Assembly (NCBI RefSeq): GCF_021054785.1
Contig: NZ_CP088239.1
Span: 810,001-842,000, forward strand
Origin: Tannockella kyphosi
GTDB lineage: Bacteria > Bacillota_I > Bacilli_A > Erysipelotrichales > Coprobacillaceae
Length of the DNA stretch: 32,000 nt
Direction: 5' to 3'
The notes beneath the pieces were generated by a model, which did not search any database, was not told where the DNA came from, and saw nothing but the letters and a program-made list of their open reading frames with translations. Position 1 is the stretch's first letter. Each line of letters opens with the position of its first letter. A program made the translations under genes and the position numbers. Below are positions 17,664 through 27,475 of the stretch, one piece after another.

Positions 17664-18713
17664 ATGAAAAAATTATTGGTATTAGTTTTAAGTGTATGTT
17701 TATCATGCACAACATTAGTTGGATGTTCTTCAAGTGAAGAGGAAGAAGATAGAGAATTGGTTATCTATGGTTCTTGCGAAGAAGAATATTTAGCAGCAGT
17801 TGCAGTTGCTTTTGAAGAATATTCTGGTATATCTGTTAGTTATCAAAGATTGTCAACTGGAGAAGTTTTAACAAAAATTGAAGAAGAAGATGGTAACCCA
17901 AGTGCCGATGTATGGTTTGGGGGAACTACTGATCCTTACAATGAAGCAGCTGAATTAGGTTTGTTATATGCTTATGATGCAGAGAATGCAGAAAACTTAA
18001 TTGGTGATCAGTATAAACATGAAGATAATTATTGGTATGGTATCTATACTGGTATCTTAGGTATCTTCTGGAATACGGAAGAATTAGATCGTTTAGGTTT
18101 AGAAGCACCTAGTGATTGGGATGATTTATTAAATCCTGAATATGAAGGATTAATTGCATTTGCAAATCCTAATACTTCTGGTACAGGTTTATTATTCATT
18201 AACACTATGGTTCAAATTATGGGTGAAGATGCAGCAATGGATTATTTTGCAGAATTAGATAATAATATTATGCAATATACAAAGAGTGGTTCTGGTGCAT
18301 CTAAAATGGTTCCTTTAGGGGAAGTTGTTATAGGTGTTGGATTCTTACATGACGTAGTATATCAAATTGTTGATATGGGATATGATAACATCGGTATGAC
18401 TGCTCCAACATCAGGAACATCATATGAAATTGGTGCTACTGCAATTTTTGAAGGAGCTACTAATATGGATGAAGCACAAGAATTTATTGAATTTGCTTTA
18501 TCACCAGACTGTGTTGATATTGCACAAGAAAATGGTTCTTATCAATTCTTAGTAATTGATGGTGCTGCAGATGTTCAAGCAGCTGTTGATGCTGGATTAG
18601 ATACTATCGAAACAATTGAATATGATTTCGAAGATGCTACAGCAAATGGTTCTGCTTATAGAGAAACATTCTTTGAAGTTATTAACAACGATGATCGTGT
18701 AATGACTGAATAA
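17664..18713 (+). CDS. ABC transporter substrate-binding lipoprotein, Fe(III)-type (family 1 extracellular solute-binding protein)
   Basis: Lipoprotein signal MKKLLVLVLSVCLSCTTLVGC with the lipobox LVGC. The mature protein resembles FbpA/AfuA-like binding proteins (VWFGGT, NPNTSGTG). ATG 17664 follows the SD AAGGAG. The longer 17610 form is rejected. Confidence 0.75.
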   Translation: MKKLLVLVLSVCLSCTTLVGCSSSEEEEDRELVIYGSCEEEYLAAVAVAFEEYSGISVSYQRLSTGEVLTKIEEEDGNPSADVWFGGTTDPYNEAAELGLLYAYDAENAENLIGDQYKHEDNYWYGIYTGILGIFWNTEELDRLGLEAPSDWDDLLNPEYEGLIAFANPNTSGTGLLFINTMVQIMGEDAAMDYFAELDNNIMQYTKSGSGASKMVPLGEVVIGVGFLHDVVYQIVDMGYDNIGMTAPTSGTSYEIGATAIFEGATNMDEAQEFIEFALSPDCVDIAQENGSYQFLVIDGAADVQAAVDAGLDTIETIEYDFEDATANGSAYRETFFEVINNDDRVMTE

Positions 18714-18733
18714 TATTAGTTAAGTAAAATAAT

Positions 18734-18773
18734 AAACAGAGTGCGTGGCACTAGCCACCACTTTGTTTTTGTT
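18734..18773 (+). promoter_or_regulatory. Strong intercistronic hairpin between the binding-protein and permease genes (partial terminator or mRNA stabiliser)
   Basis: AAACAGAGTG-c-GTGGC-acta-GCCAC-CACTTTGTTT (18734-18768) forms about 15 bp with one bulge and one G-U pair. It is followed by TTGTT. Confidence 0.6.
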
Positions 18774-18801
18774 AAGAAAAGTTATTTTAAGGAGGTAAAT
18801 T

Positions 18802-20511
18802 ATGGACTTGAAACAAGCGAAAAAATTAGAGAGAAAGAAGTTTTTTTCTGATCCATTTACGGTAATAGCTGTTGTAGGGCTATTTTTATTCTTATTTTTA
18901 TTTATTTTATATCCATTAACTATTTTACTTGTGGACAGTATGTATATTGATTCAAAGTTTACGTTTGATACATTTATACGAATTTTTAATATGTCTGCAT
19001 TTAAGATTGCAATTAAAAATACGTTAGTTCTAGGTACTATTACTGGTATTGGTGGGACTGTTATAGGTTTTGCTTTTGCGTATTTAGATGCTTATATTTT
19101 AATTAAAAATAAGTTTATAAAAGGAATGTTTAATGCAATATCTATTTTACCAGTAGTATCACCACCTTTTGTATTATCTTTGTCAGCTATCTTTTTGTTT
19201 GGTAGAACTGGATTTATTACAAGAGGAATATTTGATTTAAGTACAATTGCGTTGTATGGATTACCAGGGATAGCTTTAGTTCAAATTCTAACATTTTTCC
19301 CTGTGTGTTATTTAATGTTAAAAGGGTTACTTCGTAATATTGATCCTTCTTTAGAAGAGGCTGCAAGAAATATGGGTGCTTCTCGTTGGCAAGTTTTTAA
19401 AACTGTTACGTTGCCATTGTTGTTACCTGGACTTACAAATGCATTTTTAATTACATTTATTGAGTCAGTAGCTGATTTTGCTAATCCAATGTTAATTGGG
19501 GGAAGTTATGATACGTTAGCAACTTCTATTTATTTACAGTTAACAGGGGCCTATGATAAAGCTGGAGCAACTGCGATGGCTGTTGTGTTGCTTGTTATAT
19601 CGATGGGATTGTTTATTTTTGCCAAATATGGAGTAGAAAGTAAATCTGTATCTACTTTAACAGGAAAAGCGTCAAGAGAAAGACAATTAGTTTCTGAACG
19701 AAATGTCAAAGCTCCATTGATGATTTTCTGTACTTGTATTGGTGGTTTTGTTTTATTAATGTATTTTATTGTTCCATTAGGATCATTGTTTACATTATGG
19801 GGACAAGATTATTCATTATCATTTAAATGGTATGAATATGTCTTTAAAAACAAAGGATATACCGTCTTTACAGATTCGATGATCTTAGCGGCTATTGCTG
19901 CACCAATCACGGCATTCTTGTCGATGTTGATTGCATATCTAGTTGTAAAGAAAAAGTTTTTTGGGAAGAGTATTATGGAATTTGTTGCTATGTTAGCAAT
20001 GGCAGTTCCTGGAACGGTATTAGGTGTTGGATTTATTCGTGGGTTTAGTAGTGGATTGTACTACACTGGAATACTATCAGGTTTATATGGTACAGGGGCA
20101 ATTATTATTATTGTTTTTGTTGTTCGATCGTTGCCTGTTGGAACTAGAAGTGGGATTGCTGCATTACGACAAATTGATAAATCGATTGAAGAATCGGCGT
20201 TTGATTTAGGTGCCTCGGGAGCAAAAGTATTTACTTCTGTTACGTTGCCACTTATTAAAGATTCTTTCTTTAGTGGATTAGTAACTACATTTGTACGTTC
20301 TATTACTGCTATTTCTGCAATTATCTTATTAGTAACACCAGAATACTTATTGATTACAGTACGTATCAATGAGTTTGCAGAAAAAGGAAGTTATGGTGTA
20401 GCATGTGCTTATGCAACTATATTAATTATTATTACTTTTACAGCAATTATGTTAATGGAAGCTGTGTTAAAGAGAATCAGTACTACAAAACAATTTACAG
20501 GAGGAGAGTAG
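18802..20511 (+). CDS. ABC transporter permease, fused double-domain (FbpB/AfuB-like)
   Basis: 569 aa with about 12 TM segments and two EAA-like loops (EEAARNMGASRWQVFKTVTLP and EESAFDLGASGAKVFTSVTLP). This indicates tandem BPD-type permease domains. Confidence 0.85.
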   Translation: MDLKQAKKLERKKFFSDPFTVIAVVGLFLFLFLFILYPLTILLVDSMYIDSKFTFDTFIRIFNMSAFKIAIKNTLVLGTITGIGGTVIGFAFAYLDAYILIKNKFIKGMFNAISILPVVSPPFVLSLSAIFLFGRTGFITRGIFDLSTIALYGLPGIALVQILTFFPVCYLMLKGLLRNIDPSLEEAARNMGASRWQVFKTVTLPLLLPGLTNAFLITFIESVADFANPMLIGGSYDTLATSIYLQLTGAYDKAGATAMAVVLLVISMGLFIFAKYGVESKSVSTLTGKASRERQLVSERNVKAPLMIFCTCIGGFVLLMYFIVPLGSLFTLWGQDYSLSFKWYEYVFKNKGYTVFTDSMILAAIAAPITAFLSMLIAYLVVKKKFFGKSIMEFVAMLAMAVPGTVLGVGFIRGFSSGLYYTGILSGLYGTGAIIIIVFVVRSLPVGTRSGIAALRQIDKSIEESAFDLGASGAKVFTSVTLPLIKDSFFSGLVTTFVRSITAISAIILLVTPEYLLITVRINEFAEKGSYGVACAYATILIIITFTAIMLMEAVLKRISTTKQFTGGE

Positions 20512-20514
20512 AGT

Positions 20515-21594
20515 ATGAAAACTCCAAAAGGTGTTCAATTAAAAGATATATCGAAAGTATATCTTGATCCAAAAACAAAAAAAGAATTTTATGCAGTTGA
20601 TCATATATCATTAGATATAGAACCAGGTCAATTTGTCACTTTACTTGGTCCCTCAGGATGTGGTAAAACAACAACATTAAGAATGATTGCTGGTTTTGAA
20701 AGTCCAGATAGTGGGGAAATAGATTTAGGTGGAGAGGCTATCAATGAACTACCACCAAATAAAAGAGATACTGCCATGGTTTTCCAAAGCTATGCTTTAT
20801 TACCACATATCAATGTATACCAAAATGTAGCTTATGGTTTAAACATTAAAAAATTACCTAAAAATGAAATTAAAGAACGTGTTACTAAAATGTTAGAATT
20901 AGTGGAATTAGAAGGTATGGAAGAAAGAATGACAAATCAATTATCCGGAGGACAACAACAACGTGTAGCGCTTGCTAGAGCGTTAGTTATGGAACCAGGA
21001 GTATTGTTGTTTGATGAACCTTTATCTAACTTAGATGCGAAGTTACGTGTTTCTATGCGAACAGAAATTCGAAAAATTCAACAAATGATTGGTATTACGG
21101 CTGTTTATGTTACCCATGATCAATCGGAAGCAATGAGTATTTCTGATCAAGTTATTGTCATGAATAAAGGAGTTATTGCTCAAAAAGGAACTCCAAGAGA
21201 AATTTATTTACAACCAAAAGATAAATTTGTTGCTCAATTTATTGGAGAAGCTAATTTTATTAATGGAAAAGTACTTGATAAAGCTGAAAATGAAGTGACA
21301 GTGGAATTAAATGGATCACCTGTTCAAATTCCTTTTAAAGGAAGTTTGGAAGTAGATGAAGTATGTGAAATCGTGATTAGACCAGAATCAATTGTTTTAG
21401 AAGATGAAGGATTACTTCCATGTGAAGTTATTTTATCTACATTTATGGGAACTCATCAATATTATGAAGTATTAGTAGATGGTGTTCGTTTTACTGTAAC
21501 AGAATATAATCCAAAATCTCATAAAACATATAATGCGGGAGATAAAGCTTTCTTAGTATTTGATGTCCATAATTTACATATTTTAGATAAATAA
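20515..21594 (+). CDS. ABC transporter ATP-binding protein with a C-terminal TOBE-like domain (FbpC/PotA-like)
   Basis: Walker A GPSGCGKTT, Q-loop, signature LSGGQQQRVALARA, Walker B LLFDEPLS and an H-loop THDQ. The ~120-aa C-terminal extension is also present. Confidence 0.9.
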   Translation: MKTPKGVQLKDISKVYLDPKTKKEFYAVDHISLDIEPGQFVTLLGPSGCGKTTTLRMIAGFESPDSGEIDLGGEAINELPPNKRDTAMVFQSYALLPHINVYQNVAYGLNIKKLPKNEIKERVTKMLELVELEGMEERMTNQLSGGQQQRVALARALVMEPGVLLFDEPLSNLDAKLRVSMRTEIRKIQQMIGITAVYVTHDQSEAMSISDQVIVMNKGVIAQKGTPREIYLQPKDKFVAQFIGEANFINGKVLDKAENEVTVELNGSPVQIPFKGSLEVDEVCEIVIRPESIVLEDEGLLPCEVILSTFMGTHQYYEVLVDGVRFTVTEYNPKSHKTYNAGDKAFLVFDVHNLHILDK

Positions 21595-21606
21595 TTATTT
21601 TAAAAG

Positions 21607-21636
21607 AAGGATAAGATAACTTATCCTTTTCTTTTT
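21607..21636 (+). terminator. Intrinsic terminator after the ABC operon
   Basis: AAGGATAAG-ataa-CTTATCCTT is a perfect 9-bp stem followed by TTCTTTTT. Confidence 0.75.
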
Positions 21637-21698
21637 GTATTTATTTTAAAACAATCACACTATTTTTAACATTAATGTATACAATTTAACAATATTAC

Positions 21699-21728
21699 TT
21701 GATTATTTAATAATGATTGTGTTATTAT
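21699..21728 (+). promoter_or_regulatory. Candidate his operon promoter with an extended -10
   Basis: TTGATT (21699-21704), 18 nt of spacer, then TGtTATTAT (TG at 21720-21721, hexamer at 21723-21728). Confidence 0.5.
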
Positions 21729-21750
21729 TACAAAAACGAGGAGGTAGTTT

Positions 21751-21804
21751 ATGAAAAAAGCAAATATTTCACAATTACATCATCATTGGAGCTCACAGGG
21801 TTAA
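21751..21804 (+). CDS. Candidate histidine-operon leader peptide (17 aa, MKKANISQLHHHWSSQG)
   Basis: A strong SD GAGGAGG (21738-21744) lies 6 nt before the ATG. Three consecutive CAT His codons occupy 21778-21786. A hairpin and an intrinsic terminator follow, immediately upstream of hisZ. Confidence 0.6.
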   Translation: MKKANISQLHHHWSSQG

Positions 21805-21870
21805 ATCTTTTTGATATAGCCCATTTTAACATATTTATAAATGAGTTATATCTAATGTGCAAGTAAGACA

Positions 21871-21905
21871 AAAGCGTTCGTTAGGTTTAACGATACGCTT
21901 TTTTT
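21871..21905 (+). terminator. Intrinsic terminator inside the his leader (attenuator terminator)
   Basis: GCGTTCGTT-aggttt-AACGA(t)ACGC (21874-21898) is a 9-bp stem with one bulged T. It is flanked by AAA/T7 and ends 17 nt before the hisZ ATG. Confidence 0.7.
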
Positions 21906-21921
21906 AATAGGAGGGAAAACA

Positions 21922-22893
21922 ATGAAAGAATTTATGTATATCGTACCAGAGGAGAGTATTGACTGTGTTTTTGAGGATGTCACAAGTCTACGTTTTGTTG
22001 AAAATCAATTAAGGGAATGTTTTGTATCGAAACAGTACCAAGAAGTTTTGTTACCAAGTTTAGAGTATACAGATTTGTATATGTCACTTGATCCAAACTT
22101 AAAAACTAGTGAGATCTTTCAATTTATTAATCATGAGGGAAGAAGTATTGCGATGAGGTATGATTTTACGGTTCCTTTAGCTAGGCTTTATGCAACAACG
22201 CAAAAAGAAAATGAAGGGCGTTATTGTTATTTTGGGAAGGTTTATCGTAAAGTAAAACGTCATAAAGGAAGAAGTAGTGAAATTTATCAAGGTGGTGTTG
22301 AATTAATAAATTGTCCGGGTATTCAGGGTGATATTCAATGTCTTAATTTAATGCAACAAACAATACCAATGTTAGGTTTGGATAAAGTGATTGTGGAAGT
22401 TGGTTATGCACCATTTTTCCATCGTTTAATTGAGATTGTGGGTCATCCTGAAACGTTAACAAAAATATTGAAATATCGTGATATTAGTGGAATGAAGCAA
22501 TTTGTAGCAATATTAGATATTGATGTAACAATGCAACAATTATTATTAGCTTTACCAATGTCATTTGGTTCTTTAGATGAAATAAAAGATAAGATTTTAG
22601 CTACGAAAGATATGGTTTTAATAGAATGTTTACATTATTTAATAAAAATTAATGAATCAATGAGTTCTACATCGACTATTATTTTTGATTTAGGAATGGT
22701 TCCATCGATGCATTATTATACTGGGATTATGATCAAGGGTTATGCTAGTGAAAGTGTAGATTGTATTGTGAATGGTGGTCGTTATGATCATTTGTTAGAA
22801 AGATTTGATTTACCAGTAGGAGCAGTTGGGTTCTGTTATAACATTAGTCAAATTATTCAATCGATGCAAAAAGGGGTACAAAACAATGATTAA
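21922..22893 (+). CDS. hisZ: ATP phosphoribosyltransferase regulatory subunit HisZ (HisRS paralogue)
   Basis: 323 aa with class-II aaRS-like motifs ([29 protein letters not shown]) but no anticodon-binding domain. It lies directly upstream of a short-form hisG. Confidence 0.85.
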   Translation: MKEFMYIVPEESIDCVFEDVTSLRFVENQLRECFVSKQYQEVLLPSLEYTDLYMSLDPNLKTSEIFQFINHEGRSIAMRYDFTVPLARLYATTQKENEGRYCYFGKVYRKVKRHKGRSSEIYQGGVELINCPGIQGDIQCLNLMQQTIPMLGLDKVIVEVGYAPFFHRLIEIVGHPETLTKILKYRDISGMKQFVAILDIDVTMQQLLLALPMSFGSLDEIKDKILATKDMVLIECLHYLIKINESMSSTSTIIFDLGMVPSMHYYTGIMIKGYASESVDCIVNGGRYDHLLERFDLPVGAVGFCYNISQIIQSMQKGVQNND

Positions 22894-23512
22894 AATAGCA
22901 ATAACAAAAGGACGTATTGAAAAACAAGTTTGTAAAATGCTTGAAAAAGCAGGATATGATATGGATCCTATTTTTAATAAAGATAGAGAATTATTAATTG
23001 AAACAAAAGATGGTTTATCAATGATCTTTGGTAAAGCCAATGATGTCATTACATTTTTAGAACATGGTATTGTAGATGTTGGTTTTGTAGGGAAAGATAG
23101 TTTGGATGATAGTGATTTTGATGATTATTATGAGTTATTGGATTTAGAAATAGGGAAGTGTGTTTTTGCTCTAGCTGCTTATCCAAGTTATCGTGATTGT
23201 GATTTTAAACGTCGTAAAAAAATAGCTAGTAAATATCCTTTGGTAACTAAAAAATATTTTGCATCTAAAAAAGAAGATGTTGAAATTATTAAGTTAGAGG
23301 GTTCTGTAGAATTAGGACCTATTGTTGGTATTTCGGATGCAATTGTAGATATTGTAGAAACTGGTTCTACATTAAAAGCAAATGGATTAGAAGTAATTGA
23401 GGAAATAAGTGAAATATCAACACGCTTTATTTGTAATAAAGTTAGTTTGAAATTTAAAAAAGATGAAATCTTAGAAATGGTAGAAAAATTAGAAAAACAG
23501 GTAGGGAGATAG
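22886..23512 (+). CDS. hisG: ATP phosphoribosyltransferase, short form
   Basis: [14 protein letters not shown]..., VDVGFVGKD and [18 protein letters not shown]. About 208 aa, so it lacks the C-terminal regulatory domain, consistent with HisZ dependence. The ATG at 22886 overlaps the hisZ end by 8 nt. Confidence 0.9.
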   Translation: MIKIAITKGRIEKQVCKMLEKAGYDMDPIFNKDRELLIETKDGLSMIFGKANDVITFLEHGIVDVGFVGKDSLDDSDFDDYYELLDLEIGKCVFALAAYPSYRDCDFKRRKKIASKYPLVTKKYFASKKEDVEIIKLEGSVELGPIVGISDAIVDIVETGSTLKANGLEVIEEISEISTRFICNKVSLKFKKDEILEMVEKLEKQVGR

Positions 23513-23513
23513 T

Positions 23514-24818
23514 ATGTTAAAAATAATTCAATATACTGGTGATGTTTTCGAAATTGAAAATATTTTACAGAGTCGTAAAGAAAATGTCTCAAAAAAAGTA
23601 AATGAAGATGTCCAAGCAATCTTAGAAGATATTCAATGTAATAAAGATGAAGCATTAATGAAATACGCTAATCAATTTGATGGATATGTGATTGAAAAAC
23701 AAGAAGATTTATTTGTAACACAAGATGAAATAGAAGAGGCTATGAATGAGATAGATGATGATTACTTGCGTATTTTACAAAGAACGAAAAAACAAATTAC
23801 TGATTTTCATCAAAATCAAGTTGATAAATCTTGGTCTATGTATAAAGATAATGGAGTCATGTTAGGACAAATAGTACGTCCGATTGCTCGAGTAGGGCTT
23901 TATATTCCAGGAGGAACTGCTTTATATCCTTCTACCGTCTTAATGAATGCTATTCCAGCAAAACTTGCTGGAGTAAAAGAACTAGTTGCTTTTACTCCTG
24001 TTAAAGCAAATGGGAAGGTAGATCCTAAATTAATTGGTGCTGCAAAAGTATGTGGTGTTGATACGATTGTAAAAGTAGGTGGTGTTCACGGTGTAGGCGC
24101 TTTAGCGTATGGTACAAAGTGGTTAAAGAAGGTTGATAAAATTGTTGGTCCAGGTAATTTATATGTCGCTACAGCCAAAAAACAATGCTATGGAGTAGTG
24201 GATATTGATATGATTGCAGGACCTAGTGAAGTGCTTATTATTGCAGATGAAAATGCAAATCCTAAGTATGTTGCAGCTGATTTAATGTCTCAAGCAGAAC
24301 ATGATGTTTTAGCTAGTTCTATTTTGATTACAACATCGAAAGAGTTAGCGAATGAGGTGAATAAGGAAATTATTCGTCAAATGGCTTATTTAAATAGAAA
24401 AGATATTATTGAACAATCATTGAATAATTATGGTGGTATTATTTTAGTAGATAATTTATTAACTGCTTATCAAGTATCTAATGAATTAGCTCCAGAACAT
24501 TTAGAAATCTTAATTGATCAACCAATGGAAGCATTGCCTTATATAGAAAATGCTGGAAGCATATTCTTAGGGCAACATTCACCAGAACCTTTAGGAGATT
24601 ATATGTCTGGTACAAATCATGTATTACCTACTGGTGGTACTGCTAAATTCTATTCTGCTTTAGGAGTATATGATTTTGTAAAATATTCTTCTTACAGTTA
24701 TTATCCAAAACCAGTTTTAGAAACATTTAAAGAGGATGTAATCGCTTTTGCGAATAGTGAAGGACTAGATGGTCATGCGAATAGTATTGCAGTTCGTTTT
24801 GAGGAGGATGAGTTATGA
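23514..24818 (+). CDS. hisD: Histidinol dehydrogenase
   Basis: 434 aa with IPGGTALYPSTVLMNAIPAKLAGV, AGPSEVLIIAD, QAEHD and HVLPTGGTAKF motifs. Confidence 0.95.
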   Translation: MLKIIQYTGDVFEIENILQSRKENVSKKVNEDVQAILEDIQCNKDEALMKYANQFDGYVIEKQEDLFVTQDEIEEAMNEIDDDYLRILQRTKKQITDFHQNQVDKSWSMYKDNGVMLGQIVRPIARVGLYIPGGTALYPSTVLMNAIPAKLAGVKELVAFTPVKANGKVDPKLIGAAKVCGVDTIVKVGGVHGVGALAYGTKWLKKVDKIVGPGNLYVATAKKQCYGVVDIDMIAGPSEVLIIADENANPKYVAADLMSQAEHDVLASSILITTSKELANEVNKEIIRQMAYLNRKDIIEQSLNNYGGIILVDNLLTAYQVSNELAPEHLEILIDQPMEALPYIENAGSIFLGQHSPEPLGDYMSGTNHVLPTGGTAKFYSALGVYDFVKYSSYSYYPKPVLETFKEDVIAFANSEGLDGHANSIAVRFEEDEL

Positions 24819-25402
24819 GAGCAAGTAGTTTGAAAAGAGAAACTTTAGAAACTAGTATTGAATTATCATTGAATTTAGATGGGAATGGAACTAGTAATAT
24901 TCATACAGGTGTTGGCTTTTTTGATCATATGCTAACATTATTAGCTTTTCATGGTAATTTTGATTTAGAAGTTACTTGTCATGGTGATTTGGAAGTAGAT
25001 TGTCATCATACGGTTGAAGATATTGGAATTGCCTTAGGGATATGTATGAAAGAAGCTTTAGGGGATAAATTGGGAATTATGCGTTATGGGAGTTTTACTA
25101 TCCCAATGGATGAAGCAAAAGTAACAGTTGATTTAGATATTAGTGCTAGACCATATTTAGTATATAATTGTGATGTTTCATTGCCTTTACTAGGAAATTA
25201 TGAAACAGAAATGACAGAAGAGTTTTTTAGAGCTTTTAGTCAACAAGCAGGTATCACATTACATATTAATAAGGCATATGGTAAAAATACACACCACATT
25301 ATTGAAGCAGCTTTTAAAGCGACAGGTAGAGCTTTAGCAATAGCATTAAGTAATGATCCAACTAGAAGTAACAAAGTAATTTCTTCTAAAGGAGTTATTT
25401 AA
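24815..25402 (+). CDS. hisB: Imidazoleglycerol-phosphate dehydratase
   Basis: 195 aa with RETLETSIELSLNLDG, GVGFFDHML, DCHHTVEDIGIALG and HHIIEAAFKA. ATGA overlap with hisD. Confidence 0.95.
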   Translation: MRASSLKRETLETSIELSLNLDGNGTSNIHTGVGFFDHMLTLLAFHGNFDLEVTCHGDLEVDCHHTVEDIGIALGICMKEALGDKLGIMRYGSFTIPMDEAKVTVDLDISARPYLVYNCDVSLPLLGNYETEMTEEFFRAFSQQAGITLHINKAYGKNTHHIIEAAFKATGRALAIALSNDPTRSNKVISSKGVI

Positions 25403-26007
25403 TGATAGCAATTATTGATTATAATGTGGGTAATTTATTAAGTGTTCAAAGTGCTTTTGATCGTTTAGAAATGGAGAGTGTCATTACAAGAGATCCAATT
25501 GTAATAAAACAAGCAAAAGGGATTGTTTTACCTGGTGTAGGAACTTTTAAAGTAGCAATGCAAAATTTAAAACAATTTGGATTAATTGAAATAATAAGTG
25601 AATGTAAAGATAAAGGAGTTCCAATATTAGGGATTTGTTTAGGTATGCAGATTTTGTTTGAAAAAGGATTTGAAGTAGAAGAAACAAAGGGATTAGGGTT
25701 TATTCCAGGAGTTGTTGATTATATGAATATTGATGAAAAAATACCTCATATGGGATGGAATCAGTTAGTCTTTTGTCAAGAATCTCCTTTGTTACAATAT
25801 ATTGATGAACATGATGATGTTTATTTTGTACATTCTTATATGGCTACTTGTCCACAAGATAATTTAGTAGCTTATAGTATGTATGGATCCAATAAAATAA
25901 CAGCTATTGTTAAAAATAAGAATGTAATGGGATGTCAGTTTCATCCAGAAAAAAGTGGTAAAATTGGAAGTAAAATATTAATGGGATTTAGGGAGATGAT
26001 AGGATGA
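25402..26007 (+). CDS. hisH: Imidazole glycerol phosphate synthase, glutamine amidotransferase subunit
   Basis: 201 aa with IAIIDYNVGNLLSV, GICLGMQ (catalytic Cys) and FHPEKSG. TAATG overlap with hisB. Confidence 0.95.
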   Translation: MIAIIDYNVGNLLSVQSAFDRLEMESVITRDPIVIKQAKGIVLPGVGTFKVAMQNLKQFGLIEIISECKDKGVPILGICLGMQILFEKGFEVEETKGLGFIPGVVDYMNIDEKIPHMGWNQLVFCQESPLLQYIDEHDDVYFVHSYMATCPQDNLVAYSMYGSNKITAIVKNKNVMGCQFHPEKSGKIGSKILMGFREMIG

Positions 26008-26729
26008 TATTACTACCAGCAATAGACTTAAAAGATGGTCAAGCAGTGCGTTTATATAAAGGTGATTATAATCAAAAAACAGTATACAGTAATGATCCTA
26101 GTCAAATAGCGAAAACATTTGAACAAGCAGGAGCAAAATGGCTACACCTAGTAGATTTAGATGGGGCTAAGGATGGCCAATGTAAAAACTTATCAACAAT
26201 TAAAACGATTAAAAAAGCAACAAATATGTCTTTAGAATTAGGTGGCGGAATTCGTAATATAGAAACAGTAAGTATGTATTTAGATGAAGTAGGAATAGAT
26301 CGTGTTATTTTAGGTACAGCTGCTATTCAAGACCCTCTATTTTTACAAGCAGCATTAGATAAATATGGACCTAAAAGAATAGTCGTTGGAGTGGATGTAA
26401 AAGATGGTTTTGTTTCTACTGCAGGATGGTTAGAAACAAGCCAAACTAATTATTTAGATTTTATTTGTCAATTAGAAAAAATAGGAGTTCGTTATATAGT
26501 AGTAACTGATATTTCAAAAGATGGTACATTACAAGGACCTAATTTTCATATGTATCAAGAAATTTCTAAAGTTTCTTCGATTGAGTTTGTGGTATCTGGT
26601 GGTATTAAAGATCAACAAAATATTCTTGATTGTGCTAATTCTAATTATTATGGATGTATTGTAGGAAAAGCGTATTACGAAGGAAAAATTGATTTACAGG
26701 AGGTTATTTCATGCTTACCAAAAGAATAA
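26004..26729 (+). CDS. hisA: ProFAR isomerase (1-(5-phosphoribosyl)-5-[(5-phosphoribosylamino)methylideneamino]imidazole-4-carboxamide isomerase)
   Basis: 241 aa with [30 protein letters not shown] and SGGI motifs. Confidence 0.93.
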   Translation: MILLPAIDLKDGQAVRLYKGDYNQKTVYSNDPSQIAKTFEQAGAKWLHLVDLDGAKDGQCKNLSTIKTIKKATNMSLELGGGIRNIETVSMYLDEVGIDRVILGTAAIQDPLFLQAALDKYGPKRIVVGVDVKDGFVSTAGWLETSQTNYLDFICQLEKIGVRYIVVTDISKDGTLQGPNFHMYQEISKVSSIEFVVSGGIKDQQNILDCANSNYYGCIVGKAYYEGKIDLQEVISCLPKE

Positions 26730-27475
26730 TTCCTTGTTTAGATATTAAAGATGGAAAAGTGGTCAAAGGTGTAAACTTTGTTGGTTTAACAGAAGTTGGT
26801 GATCCTGTTGATCTAGCAAAACGATATGAACAACAATGTGGAGATGAAGTGGTTTTTTTAGATATTACAGCTAGTTATGAAGATCGTAATATTATGAAAG
26901 AAATCATTGAAAGAGGTGCCAAAGAATTATCAATTCCTTTAGCAGTAGGTGGAGGTATTCGTACATTAGATGATTTTCGTATGATTCTAGCAAGTGGTGC
27001 GGATAAGGTTTCTGTCAATTCTTCTGCTATCGCTAATCCTTTGCTTATAAAAGAAGCAGCAAATGAATTTGGGGTACAATGTGTCGTTGTTGCAATTGAT
27101 GCTAAAAAGAATGAAAAAGGTAATTATGATGTTTATGTAAAAGGTGGCAGAGAAAATACTGGTATTGATTTAGTAACATGGGCAAAGCAATGTGAACAAT
27201 TAGGGGCTGGAGAAATTCTACTAACTAGTATGGATGGGGATGGAACAAAAGCAGGATATGATATTGATATGATTAATGCAGTATGTTCTGTTGTAGATAT
27301 TCCTGTAATAGCAAGTGGTGGATGTGGAAGTATTCAACATATTGTCGATGTTTTCCAACAAACTAACTGTGATGCTGCACTTGTTGCTTCTTTATTTCAT
27401 TATAATGAAGCTAGTGTTCAAGATGTAAAAGATGCGCTTTTAGAAGCCGGAATACAAGTAAGGAGAACAAACTAA
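26711..27475 (+). CDS. hisF: Imidazole glycerol phosphate synthase, cyclase subunit
   Basis: 254 aa with [40 protein letters not shown] and ASGG. It overlaps hisA by 19 nt. Confidence 0.95.
   Translation: MLTKRIIPCLDIKDGKVVKGVNFVGLTEVGDPVDLAKRYEQQCGDEVVFLDITASYEDRNIMKEIIERGAKELSIPLAVGGGIRTLDDFRMILASGADKVSVNSSAIANPLLIKEAANEFGVQCVVVAIDAKKNEKGNYDVYVKGGRENTGIDLVTWAKQCEQLGAGEILLTSMDGDGTKAGYDIDMINAVCSVVDIPVIASGGCGSIQHIVDVFQQTNCDAALVASLFHYNEASVQDVKDALLEAGIQVRRTN

Noticed and set aside
20024-20369. Two ORFs (plus-strand 61 aa, minus-strand 102 aa) inside the ABC permease gene
   Set aside because: They are nested in or antisense to a permease with clear paired EAA loops. There is no RBS and no recognisable domains. 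They are shadow ORFs.
21595-21921. T-box riboswitch upstream of hisZ, the expected Bacillota mechanism
   Set aside because: The leader after the likely promoter is under 200 nt and very AT-rich. I could not find the conserved T-box 14-mer (…GGGTGGTACCGCG-like), an AGAGA/GNUGGNA-type element, or a specifier-loop architecture.
23188-23655. 155-aa minus-strand ORF spanning the hisG/hisD junction
   Set aside because: It lies entirely antisense to two well-supported his genes. Its L/F/S/I/Y-rich low-complexity translation is typical of a shadow frame in AT-rich DNA. It has no SD.
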